DNA of 64,000 bases from Flavobacteriaceae bacterium (lineage in GTDB: Bacteria; Bacteroidota; Bacteroidia; UKL13-3): positions 6,523 through 70,522 of the forward strand of contig SHWZ01000006.1 of NCBI GenBank assembly GCA_009693575.1, written 5' to 3'. Position 1 is the first letter of the stretch. Every line of letters starts with the position of its first letter. The position numbers and the translations under genes were made by a program. Under the pieces are notes generated by a model. That model was given only the letters and a program-made list of their open reading frames with translations. It was not told where the DNA came from and did not search any database. This document shows positions 51,438 to 60,408 of the stretch, piece after piece.

Positions 51438-51884
51438 ATGCTCAAAGAAGGACAAAAAGCCCCCGCATTCACTGCACCAGACCAATCTGGCAAAATTGTT
51501 TCGCTGGAAGATTATGCTGGTAAGAAACTGGTATTATACTTTTACCCACAAGACAATACACCGACCTGTACCGACGAAGCATGTAACCTGAGGGATAACT
51601 ATAAAACTCTAATGAAACAGGGTTACCATATTCTTGGAGTCAGTCCTGACTCCCCCAAAAAGCACACAAACTTTATAAAGAAATATAGCCTACCTTTTAG
51701 CCTACTTGCCGATGAGGATCTAAAATTGAGTAAAGCCTACAATGTTTGGGCACTCAAAACCTTGTTCGGGCGTGAATACATGGGAGTGCTTCGCACCACC
51801 TTCATCATTGATGAGCAGGGAGAAATTGAAAAAGTGATTTCGAAAGTAAAATCGAAAGAACATAGCAGTCAGATATTAGACTGA
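51438..51884 (+). CDS. bcp: Thioredoxin-dependent thiol peroxidase (peroxiredoxin Bcp)
   Basis: YFYPQDNTPTCTDEAC peroxidatic-Cys motif. Confidence 0.9.
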   Translation: MLKEGQKAPAFTAPDQSGKIVSLEDYAGKKLVLYFYPQDNTPTCTDEACNLRDNYKTLMKQGYHILGVSPDSPKKHTNFIKKYSLPFSLLADEDLKLSKAYNVWALKTLFGREYMGVLRTTFIIDEQGEIEKVISKVKSKEHSSQILD

Positions 51885-51888
51885 GAAA

Positions 51889-52299
51889 TTACAGATACTT
51901 CTTCTTCAATACATACGAAACAAGGAAATTCTTCATCTTTTCAGGTTTAACCTTTTTCAAGACCACATCACTTTCCATACTATCCGTTTCCGTGTACATG
52001 AGGCAAATTTTGGGTGCAGCTCCTTTCAGAATAATATCGGCTAGTGGCTTACCATTAGGATAGAAAAACCAGTAGCGTGTCACTGAGTCACCATCCACTA
52101 CTTCCTTGCGTTCCCATATAAAACCGATCAATTTCTTTTCTTGATAAATGGCCGAATCCTTCACTTCAACATCAGCTTTAAGGTTGCGGGTCACCTTGAT
52201 AGGTTCTAGATCGTTTTTGTAAGAAAAGATAAACTTGATTTGGGCTTGAAGGTTGCCGAAGCTAAAGGTCAGCAGAGCAATGAGTAGGATACGGTTCAT
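51889..52299 (-). CDS. Hypothetical secreted protein (136 aa)
   Basis: Signal peptide MNRILLIALLTFSFGNLQAQ. No family is recognised. Confidence 0.45.
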   Translation of the reverse strand: MNRILLIALLTFSFGNLQAQIKFIFSYKNDLEPIKVTRNLKADVEVKDSAIYQEKKLIGFIWERKEVVDGDSVTRYWFFYPNGKPLADIILKGAAPKICLMYTETDSMESDVVLKKVKPEKMKNFLVSYVLKKKYL

Positions 52300-52354
52300 A
52301 AATATTTGTTTTTGATGTAGTATTGAATAAAATATAGTTTCAGTTCGTTCTTGT

Positions 52355-52588
52355 TTAGGCTGGGATTAATAGGCACTTTGATTTCTTTGCCATCGATTCG
52401 CTAGAATGCATCGACCGCAATATGGTTAGGTCATTTACGAATACATCTCCTATAGGCTTGCCGTTCAACTTGGAGATGACAAATTTCCGTTGGATAGTAT
52501 CGCCGGCCTGCCATTCAGAAATCTTGCCAATCTCAACATCATCTCCCAAAATGAGGGAATCTTTCACAATGCGGATGTCTTTGCTCAT
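52355..52588 (-). CDS. Hypothetical small protein (77 aa)
   Basis: ORF upstream of, and co-directional with, 51889..52299. The assignment is weak. Confidence 0.3.
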   Translation of the reverse strand: MSKDIRIVKDSLILGDDVEIGKISEWQAGDTIQRKFVISKLNGKPIGDVFVNDLTILRSMHSSESMAKKSKCLLIPA

Positions 52589-52786
52589 GTTGCTTTTGAC
52601 TAACTTGAATAGGGTGATTTCGTGAGCTTTTAAATGTCAACTAATTGACCACATGCAATTTCGACCGCAAAATAGAAACATCAAGAAAAATACGAATGAA
52701 GTTTAATTTTTTATGATTTCAAATGTTTTGGCAAAATTAATGGATAGAATGCTTAACAATTCCCTACTTGCCTTTTATTTTGTGCC

Positions 52787-52987
52787 ATGAAATCTTTTGA
52801 CCGCACAGTACTCGTTTTCCACCTCACTATGATGATACTTTACATAGGCCTCGGCATCATGTTCCTAACTTACGACCCGAATCCAATTGGAATTCCTGAA
52901 CCCTATAGCACCGTGCTTGGCTATGTAATGATTCTCTATGGAACCTTTCGAGGGGCAAGAGCAGGTAGGCATTTATTTGTAAAATGA
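52787..52987 (+). CDS. Hypothetical small membrane protein (66 aa, 2 TM)
   Basis: MKSFDRTVLVFHLTMMILYIGLGIMFLTYDP…. It ends ATGA on the next ORF frame. Confidence 0.3.
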   Translation: MKSFDRTVLVFHLTMMILYIGLGIMFLTYDPNPIGIPEPYSTVLGYVMILYGTFRGARAGRHLFVK

Positions 52988-53043
52988 TTGTCACAAACTC
53001 CGGTTTGAGTAGCTATTCAGTAGGAAATTTCGTTACCAAAAAT

Positions 53044-53982
53044 ATGAAACTAGAATTTACTTTAGCGGCTTGCTTAGCTGTGTTGTTTTTTGCTTGTAAA
53101 AATAGCGGCCACACATCCGAGAATACCGACACACCAACTAGTGGAAGCATCACCATTGGCTGCGACCCCACCCTTGAGCCACTTGCCCGTGCAGAGATAC
53201 AGGCTTTCAACGTGCTGTATCCTAAAGCTGATATTCAAATAAAGCTACTAAATGAAAACGAAGCTTTCAATGCCCTGTTGGTAGATAGTGTGAGGCTCAT
53301 CATAGCTGCAAGGGATGTGACCGCAGATGAAAAAAAGCAATTTGACCAAAAACAACAAGTAGTGAAGAGTAGACCTATTGCCCGCGATGGCATTGCATTT
53401 ATTACCCATACCACCATGCCTGACAAAATAAAATATACTGACCTACTAAGCATCATCTCGGGTAAAATGCAGTTTTGGAATCAGTTGGACAAAAGCCTTC
53501 CAGCTAAAGAAATCCAACTAGTATTTGATGACTCGAAGTCGAGTACGGTACTGAATGTAGCAAGTAGAACGGCCGGAGAAATTGGCAAAAATGTTTCAGC
53601 ATTTAATAGTAACCAAAAGGTGATAGACTATGTGAAGGAAAACATTTCAGCTATCGGTATCATTGGCCTTTCGTGGATTTCTGACGGGCAAGACCAAACC
53701 ACTGGAAGTTTCATAAAAAATATACATGTGATGGGCATAGACCCAGGCGATACTTGCGAGTTTGGCGGAACCTATTACAAACCTTTTCAAGCGTATCTGC
53801 TCAAACGCATTTACCCATTTTACCGTGATGTACATGCCATTGTGAACGAGCCAAGGAATGGATTGGGCAATGCTTTTGTTGCATTTTTGGCCAACCAAAC
53901 CGGGCAAACAGTGGTACAACAAAAAGGGCTTCTGCCGCTTGCACAAAGGGCTTGGATTCGCCCAGTGGAAATCAAAAAATAA
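53044..53982 (+). CDS. PstS-like (PBP superfamily) phosphate-binding lipoprotein; internal start MKLEFTLAACLAVLFFAC
   Basis: Lipoprotein signal, about 310 aa. Conserved segments are reminiscent of phosphate ABC-transporter substrate-binding proteins. No pstCAB genes are adjacent. Confidence 0.45.
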   Translation: MKLEFTLAACLAVLFFACKNSGHTSENTDTPTSGSITIGCDPTLEPLARAEIQAFNVLYPKADIQIKLLNENEAFNALLVDSVRLIIAARDVTADEKKQFDQKQQVVKSRPIARDGIAFITHTTMPDKIKYTDLLSIISGKMQFWNQLDKSLPAKEIQLVFDDSKSSTVLNVASRTAGEIGKNVSAFNSNQKVIDYVKENISAIGIIGLSWISDGQDQTTGSFIKNIHVMGIDPGDTCEFGGTYYKPFQAYLLKRIYPFYRDVHAIVNEPRNGLGNAFVAFLANQTGQTVVQQKGLLPLAQRAWIRPVEIKK

Positions 53983-54026
53983 TTGGAACAGCTATTGACA
54001 ATACCCAACCGAATTTTAAGAACAAT

Positions 54027-55640
54027 ATGAAACGTACCTTTCTCCTTTTGCCTATCATTCTCTTTTCGATGGCATCACAAAACCTAACTGCACAAACGGC
54101 AGCTGACGGTCTACGCCAGCTAGATGCTATGCAGTATGGCAATGCCAAAAATACCTTTGCCAACCTGCAAACAGAAGAGCCAAACAATGTAGATTACTTT
54201 TATTATCTGGGTGAAATATCCCGATTGATAGACGACCCCGCAGCTGCTAAAGCTCAGTTTGAAGCCGGCCTGACCAAGAACCCTAACAATGCACTTTGCA
54301 TGATTGGCCTCGGCAAATTGGAACTTGACAACAAAAACTTGGAGGCCGCCAAAGTGCATTTCAACAAAGCACTGGAATTGACCAAAACCAAGAATGCACA
54401 AGTTTTGCTCTTCGTTGGCCAGTCATTGATATCTGCTGATGTGAAGGACCTGGACATGGCTGAACCCTTGCTAAAAAAAGCCAGCGAATTAGACAAAAAG
54501 AACCCCGAAGTATTCCTGGCTCTTGGCGATTTGTATTCTGAAAGGAACGACGCCCAACTGCCTATCAAAAACTATGAAGAAGCCTTACGAATTAACGACA
54601 AATACGCCAAAGCCTATATGAAAAAAGGCTTGCTGTTTGCCCGTGCTAGGACTCAGGAAGCCTACCAGACTGCCGTGGAAACCACTCAGAAGGGTATAGA
54701 AGTTGACCCCGACTACGCTCCGCTTTACGCACAGATGGCCGAAATTTATAGCCTAAGCAAACGCTACGAAAAAGCCAAGGAAAACTATGTAAAATACCTG
54801 AGCATGGTGAACAACGACTTGTATGCCCGTGTGCGTTATGCTTCCTTTCTTTACCTCAGCAAGGACTTTGCAAAATGCGTGGAAGAAATAAACGCCATTC
54901 AAGTGGTGGACAGTAGCCGAATTTTTCTTTACAGGCTACTAGGTTGCTCCTACTATGAAACAGGAGATTACCCAAACGCCCTCAAAAACTTGGACCAGTT
55001 TTTTGAGAAACAAAAAGACCCTAAGAAAATAATAGCCGACGACTACCGCTACAATGCCATGACCTTAAGCAAAAGCGGCAAAGACTCACTGGCCGCTGAA
55101 ACCTACAAAAAGCTTATAAACATGGACCCTTCCAAGTCAGACTATTGGGTAGAAGTTGGCAACATATATATAAAAATGAAGAAGTATCGGGAGGCAATCC
55201 AAGCCTTCAAAGCCCACTCTGCAATAAAGGAAAATGTGAACGATTATTTCTCCATTGGCAAAGCCTATTACAACATGACCAAACAAGACAGCACTTGTCA
55301 TGATTCTGCCATTGCAGCCTTCAAAAAAGTAACCGAGATGAAAGCCGAATGGCCAGTTGGATACTACTGGCTGGCCAATGCCACCTTTAGCAAAGAGGCC
55401 AAAAAGAACCTGAAAGACGTGAGTGGTGATGTGAAAGACATCTACGAAAAATTTATTGGCATGGCCAAGGCCGATAGTGTGAAATACAAGCGGGAACTGG
55501 TGCCCAGTTTCAACTACTTGGGCAACTACTACTATGAAAAAAAGAAACTGCCCGAAGCTACAGCAGCCTGCAAAAGCCTCCTAGCCCTCGACCCAGAAAA
55601 CAAAAACGGTCTCAGCTTGAAAAAGGCATTGAAGTTTTAG
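54027..55640 (+). CDS. Tetratricopeptide-repeat (TPR) protein, secreted
   Basis: Signal peptide MKRTFLLLPIILFSMASQNLTAQ, followed by repeated 34-aa A/Y/L-pattern TPR units. Confidence 0.6.
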   Translation: MKRTFLLLPIILFSMASQNLTAQTAADGLRQLDAMQYGNAKNTFANLQTEEPNNVDYFYYLGEISRLIDDPAAAKAQFEAGLTKNPNNALCMIGLGKLELDNKNLEAAKVHFNKALELTKTKNAQVLLFVGQSLISADVKDLDMAEPLLKKASELDKKNPEVFLALGDLYSERNDAQLPIKNYEEALRINDKYAKAYMKKGLLFARARTQEAYQTAVETTQKGIEVDPDYAPLYAQMAEIYSLSKRYEKAKENYVKYLSMVNNDLYARVRYASFLYLSKDFAKCVEEINAIQVVDSSRIFLYRLLGCSYYETGDYPNALKNLDQFFEKQKDPKKIIADDYRYNAMTLSKSGKDSLAAETYKKLINMDPSKSDYWVEVGNIYIKMKKYREAIQAFKAHSAIKENVNDYFSIGKAYYNMTKQDSTCHDSAIAAFKKVTEMKAEWPVGYYWLANATFSKEAKKNLKDVSGDVKDIYEKFIGMAKADSVKYKRELVPSFNYLGNYYYEKKKLPEATAACKSLLALDPENKNGLSLKKALKF

Positions 55641-55659
55641 GGTAAAACCTACATTTGCC

Positions 55660-56409
55660 TTGAAAATGAGGCATGGAGGAGAGCAATTCAGGTTTAAGAA
55701 CTTCGTGGTGCAGCACGACCGCTGTGCCATGCGGGTAAGCACAGACGCCATTTTGCTTGGGTCATTGATAGCCCATTGGCTTAGCTCTTACGATGGGAAG
55801 AAAAAAGTACTGGATGTAGGCACAGGCTGCGGCATTCTGTCGCTGATGCTGGCTCAAGAAAGCGGAGCTGAGATAACTGCTCTTGAAATTGACAAAGAAG
55901 CAGCTGTGCAAGCATCAGAAAATTTTGAGCACTCAAATTGGCAGGGCAGAATTCACAGCCTTCACAAATCATTTCAGGAATATATGGTATCGGGGGAACA
56001 GCACTCGTATGATTCCATCGTGTCTAACCCCCCTTTCTTTCCAACCCCACACCCAGTAAAACAACAAACGAACACAGAGCGACACAGGGCTGTGGCCAGA
56101 TTTGAGGACTCCTTACCTTTTCCGGTGTTGATTGATGGTGTGGTAAAACTATTGAAGTCAACAGGCTGCTTCACAGTGATAGTGCCTTATGCACGGGCTG
56201 TTGAGTTCACTGGACTGGCGGGGGCAAACGGACTTTTTCTTTTCAATCAGATGGATATAATATACAAAGAACGAAAGCCTATAGGCAGGTCGGTGCTTCG
56301 GTTTGCAAAGCAGCTGGTGCCGTTCAGCTATGAAAGCCTAACTTTGCATGATATTAATGGCAAGCACACACGTGAATTTGCAGCCCTTACTCGCAAATTT
56401 TATTTATGA
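55660..56409 (+). CDS. tRNA1(Val) (adenine37-N6)-methyltransferase (YfiC/TrmN6-like)
   Basis: FKNFVVQHDRCAMRVSTDAILLG…DVGTGCGILSLMLAQ…SNPPFF (NPPF/Y MTase motif). Confidence 0.7.
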   Translation: MKMRHGGEQFRFKNFVVQHDRCAMRVSTDAILLGSLIAHWLSSYDGKKKVLDVGTGCGILSLMLAQESGAEITALEIDKEAAVQASENFEHSNWQGRIHSLHKSFQEYMVSGEQHSYDSIVSNPPFFPTPHPVKQQTNTERHRAVARFEDSLPFPVLIDGVVKLLKSTGCFTVIVPYARAVEFTGLAGANGLFLFNQMDIIYKERKPIGRSVLRFAKQLVPFSYESLTLHDINGKHTREFAALTRKFYL

Positions 56410-56900
56410 GCCTCAAACAAATAAGCCTCAACCTACATGGCCACAATCGCTGGGCAAATGAAAAGTTACTTACAGCAATTCCATCGGGCATCGAAGACCT
56501 TGAATTTGTGAGCAGTTTTACAAGTATTCGCAAAACAGCCTACCATATATGGGATGCTGACTGGTATTGGTTGATGCGGCTCCACGGAAATGATGTTTCC
56601 TTTTGTCCGCCAAGTGGAATTTTTGAGGGCACTTTTTTAGAAGGGATTCAGAAACTCTTGATGAAGGAAGATGAAATTTTGGTTTTCCTTGAGTCGCAAG
56701 ACGAGGCTTATTTCAACACCGCACTCACCTATAAAAATACCAAAGAAGATGAGTTTACCCACACAATTTTCAATGTATTGCAACACCTGGCTATGCATAG
56801 TATGTTTCATCGTGGTCAGTTAGTTACGCTTTTAAGGCAAGTAGGAGCTACGGAAATTCCGGCAACAGATCTAATTGTCTATTTCAGGGAGGGCAATTGA
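56406..56900 (+). CDS. DinB/YfiT-family protein
   Basis: 164 aa with a His-containing four-helix-bundle pattern (…WANEKLL…, …HLAMHSMFHRGQL…). Confidence 0.6.
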   Translation: MSLKQISLNLHGHNRWANEKLLTAIPSGIEDLEFVSSFTSIRKTAYHIWDADWYWLMRLHGNDVSFCPPSGIFEGTFLEGIQKLLMKEDEILVFLESQDEAYFNTALTYKNTKEDEFTHTIFNVLQHLAMHSMFHRGQLVTLLRQVGATEIPATDLIVYFREGN

Positions 56901-56903
56901 TAT

Positions 56904-58304
56904 ATGCAAAAGCACGGAATAATACCAAGCAGGGCAGTGTATGTAGATACCAACACTGGAAAAGAGCTCTCTCACGAAAACTACCTGAAACACAGTGGCG
57001 AACTTGACCTGAAGGCGATTTGTGTGTTTGCAGCTACCGGTTTTTTTCTTGATGAAGACACTCATTATGAAAGTGTTAAAGCCTTAAAGCCAGCTACTGA
57101 ATTTGAACGAAAATCGGATGGAAATATTGAGGTAGGAAAAACTTATTTTGACTGGCATTATAGTCCTCGGGAACTTACGTTGAAGCAAGCTACGGAAGAA
57201 TTCACAGCCTTGTTTCATCGCATTTGTGGTGAGCAATCCAAAGGTACTTCTATTATACTTCCGCTCTCGGGTGGTCTAGATAGCAGAACGCTTGCTGCTG
57301 CATTGAAAAATCATTCAGACATTCAATCTTATTCGTATGAATACGAAGGTGGTGAGCCAGAAACTAAGTTCAGTGAAGAGATAGCTAACGCCGAAAATTT
57401 TCCATTTACTGGTTTTAAGATTGAGAAAGGATATTTGTGGAATGTAATAGAGGAACTTGGTCGAATAAACCTCTGCTGTTCCGAATTCACCCACCCAAGG
57501 CAGATGGCACATATAAACCAGACGAGCAAGATGGGCGAAACCTTTATGCTTGGGCACTGGGGTGATGTATTGTTTGATGGCATGGGAGTGACCGATAAAC
57601 TTGGCTTTGAGGAGCAGGTGAATATACTTTATAAGAAAGTACTGAAAAAGGGTGGTGCTGAACTTGGTAAAGCACTTTGGCAACAATGGAGTATCGCGGG
57701 CAACTTTGACCAATACTTGAAGGAACGGATTTCGGGACTGCACCAAAATATTAAAATAGAAAATGCGAATGCGAAGGTGCGTGCCTTTAAAAGCCTTTAT
57801 TGGGCTCCCCGATGGACAAGCAGCAATCTCACTATTTTCAATAAATTCAATCAAATAGCACTACCATATTATCACGATGAAATGTGCAAGTTTATATGTA
57901 CTGTTCCAGAACACCTATTGGTAGATAGGCAAGTTCAAATTGAATACTTAAAAAAGCATGCTCCTGAATTAGCGAGGATAAAGCGGCAAGGCTTCGGACT
58001 TGATTTGTATAACTTTCAGGATTTTCATAAATGGCATAAGCTACCAAATAGAATTGGGTTGAAGGTATCAAGGATACTTAGTGGAAGTACTAAAATAAAA
58101 CGAAATTATGAATTGCAGTTTATAGGCACTGAAAACGAGTCACACCTTAAAAAATATATTCAACATCCATCTTTCACTTCATGGGTTGATAAGACAATTG
58201 TGGAGTCCATTTATGAAAAATTCAATATCAATCAAGTTGGGTATTCCCATCCACTTAGTGTGTTGCTCACACTTTCAGTGTTCCATAAATTAAAAACGAA
58301 TTGA
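56904..58304 (+). CDS. Asparagine-synthase-like ATP pyrophosphatase domain protein lacking the N-terminal glutaminase domain
   Basis: PP-loop SGGLDSR at about residue 125. There is no Cys2 or Ntn glutaminase region. The C-terminal region resembles AsnB. Confidence 0.6.
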   Translation: MQKHGIIPSRAVYVDTNTGKELSHENYLKHSGELDLKAICVFAATGFFLDEDTHYESVKALKPATEFERKSDGNIEVGKTYFDWHYSPRELTLKQATEEFTALFHRICGEQSKGTSIILPLSGGLDSRTLAAALKNHSDIQSYSYEYEGGEPETKFSEEIANAENFPFTGFKIEKGYLWNVIEELGRINLCCSEFTHPRQMAHINQTSKMGETFMLGHWGDVLFDGMGVTDKLGFEEQVNILYKKVLKKGGAELGKALWQQWSIAGNFDQYLKERISGLHQNIKIENANAKVRAFKSLYWAPRWTSSNLTIFNKFNQIALPYYHDEMCKFICTVPEHLLVDRQVQIEYLKKHAPELARIKRQGFGLDLYNFQDFHKWHKLPNRIGLKVSRILSGSTKIKRNYELQFIGTENESHLKKYIQHPSFTSWVDKTIVESIYEKFNINQVGYSHPLSVLLTLSVFHKLKTN

Positions 58305-59479
58305 TGGCAAAACCAAAGAAAATAGGCATTGTAGTAAGTATGATTCCGGCGTATTCAGAAACCTTTTTAATAAGTAAAATTAAAGGGTTGCAACAAAGCG
58401 GATTCGATGTAACTGTATTTTCGAACCATAGAAGCAAGCAACGTTTCTTTTTCAAACATGTAGGAGCTTATCCTTCTGGCGGCATTGCTTTAGTATTTTG
58501 GTTTCCGTTTGTGCTTTTGGGATTGTGCTTTTTTAGGTTTTCTTATGTGAAAAAATTTATGGAAATTGCTCAAGGTGAAGGGGGCCGTCTTATTAAAAAC
58601 ATAAAGAAACTATATGCCAATGCCCACATATTGCAGACACCAGTTCAACACCTTCACTTTAGTTTTACAGCTGTGGCAGCAGAAAGGCCATATACAGCTG
58701 CTGCAATTGGAGCCAAAATGACTACAAGTTTTAGAGGGTTTGATATTGAACTTGCCCCATTGAAAGAACCAGGAATCTATACTAATCTTTGGAAATTTAT
58801 TGATGAGGTACACACTATCTCCGACGACTTAGTTCGTACCGCTATTTCCATTGGGATGCCTGAAAATATAAACATCATCAAAATTGTCCCTGCTTTGGAT
58901 ATTCAAAAGTTTAATCTAAAACCAAGCGTCTCAACTATGCGTCCTCTTGTGAGAATAGTGAGTACGGGCCGACTTACTTGGCAAAAGGGGTTTATTTACA
59001 GTATAGAAGCTATGAAAATATTAAACCAACATAGGATTGATTTTTTGTATGAAATCATAGGTGATGGGAGGCAGCAGGAAGAACTGAAATATCAAATACA
59101 CCAAAACGGCCTTGACGACAAAGTGAAACTGCTAGGGAAACTTTCGCACGAAGAAACAAAAAAACGATTGAGCCAATCCGACATTTACATACAACCTAGT
59201 ATTCAGGAAGGATTTTGCAATGCGGCCCTTGAAGCTCAAGCCATAGGGCTTCTCACCATTGTTTCTGATGCAGGTGGCCTACCCGAGAATGTACTCAATG
59301 GACAAACAGGATGGGTCGTTCCTGCCCGAAGCCCCGAAGCACTTTCAACCAAGATATTGGATATACTTACTATGAAACAACCCGAAAAGGAAAACATTGT
59401 TAAGAATGCACGAATGCGAATTGAAACTGAGTTTTCTCTTGAAATACAAAACATAGCATTTGCTCAATTTTTTTCCTGA
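58301..59479 (+). CDS. GT4-family (group 1) glycosyltransferase
   Basis: The C-terminal E…E…GLP…G region (EGFCNAALEAQAIGLLTIVSDAGGLPE) is the GT4 signature. Confidence 0.7.
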   Translation: MMAKPKKIGIVVSMIPAYSETFLISKIKGLQQSGFDVTVFSNHRSKQRFFFKHVGAYPSGGIALVFWFPFVLLGLCFFRFSYVKKFMEIAQGEGGRLIKNIKKLYANAHILQTPVQHLHFSFTAVAAERPYTAAAIGAKMTTSFRGFDIELAPLKEPGIYTNLWKFIDEVHTISDDLVRTAISIGMPENINIIKIVPALDIQKFNLKPSVSTMRPLVRIVSTGRLTWQKGFIYSIEAMKILNQHRIDFLYEIIGDGRQQEELKYQIHQNGLDDKVKLLGKLSHEETKKRLSQSDIYIQPSIQEGFCNAALEAQAIGLLTIVSDAGGLPENVLNGQTGWVVPARSPEALSTKILDILTMKQPEKENIVKNARMRIETEFSLEIQNIAFAQFFS

Positions 59480-60177
59480 TGAATAAAAACATCAACATAC
59501 AAGATTGGGGACTAATTGCCTATAAAGAAGCCTGGGACAAACAGGAAGCCCTGTTTGCCGAAACAGTTTCTATTAAACTGGAGAATCGCAATGAACTACG
59601 AACTAAAAACGATGAAGTAGTAACCAATAACTTCCTTATATTCTGTCAACATCCTCACGTATATACTTTGGGCAAGAGTGGCGACAAGACCAACTTGCTT
59701 ATACCCGATTCCATGATGAAAGAGAAGGACATTTCCTATTTCCCAATCAATAGAGGAGGTGACATTACTTACCACGGGCCTGGGCAGTTAGTGGGGTATC
59801 TCATTTTTGATTTGGATAATTTCTTTACCGATATTCATAAGTTCCTTCGCTACTTGGAGGAAGCAATCATCCTAACTTTGGCCGAATACAATATCAAAGC
59901 AGGAAGAATTGCTGGCCTCACTGGTGTTTGGCTCGACCTGGACCATCCGGCGAAGTCTAGAAAAATATGTGCCATGGGCATTCGTGCAAGTCGCTGGGTT
60001 ACCATGCACGGCTTTGCGTTGAATATAAACACTGATCTGAGCTATTATTCCTACATCAACCCATGTGGAATCACTGATAAAGCTGTGACATCCATGGAGA
60101 AAGAACTTGGCCAAGAAGTGTCAATGGAAGATGTGCAAGAGAAACTTGGCAGCAATTTGTTGAGCTTGTTTCAATAA
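59479..60177 (+). CDS. lipB: Lipoyl(octanoyl) transferase LipB
   Basis: …QHPHVYTLGKSG…RGGDITYHGPGQLVGY… matches LipB. Confidence 0.9.
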   Translation: MNKNINIQDWGLIAYKEAWDKQEALFAETVSIKLENRNELRTKNDEVVTNNFLIFCQHPHVYTLGKSGDKTNLLIPDSMMKEKDISYFPINRGGDITYHGPGQLVGYLIFDLDNFFTDIHKFLRYLEEAIILTLAEYNIKAGRIAGLTGVWLDLDHPAKSRKICAMGIRASRWVTMHGFALNINTDLSYYSYINPCGITDKAVTSMEKELGQEVSMEDVQEKLGSNLLSLFQ

Positions 60178-60250
60178 GCTATATTACTAGGCATATCAAG
60201 CATTTCCTTTACGGTTTGGCTGGAAACCACTGCTCCCATTACCTTTGCCC

Positions 60251-60339
<89 letters not shown>

Positions 60340-60342
60340 AAA

Positions 60343-60373
60343 CAAAAAAGCCACCCAAATGGGTGGCTTTTTT
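60343..60373. terminator. Bidirectional terminator between tRNA-Ser and ade
   Basis: AAAAAA-GCCACCC-aaat-GGGTGGC-TTTTTT. Confidence 0.65.
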
Positions 60374-60408
60374 GTTTATGTATATCGTCAAAGACAGCAA
60401 CCTCACAA

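Noticed and set aside
52984-53043. ATGA-coupled start at 52984 for the PstS-like gene
   Set aside because: It would place the lipoprotein signal peptide 20 residues into the protein. The internal Met at 53044 directly precedes the signal peptide.
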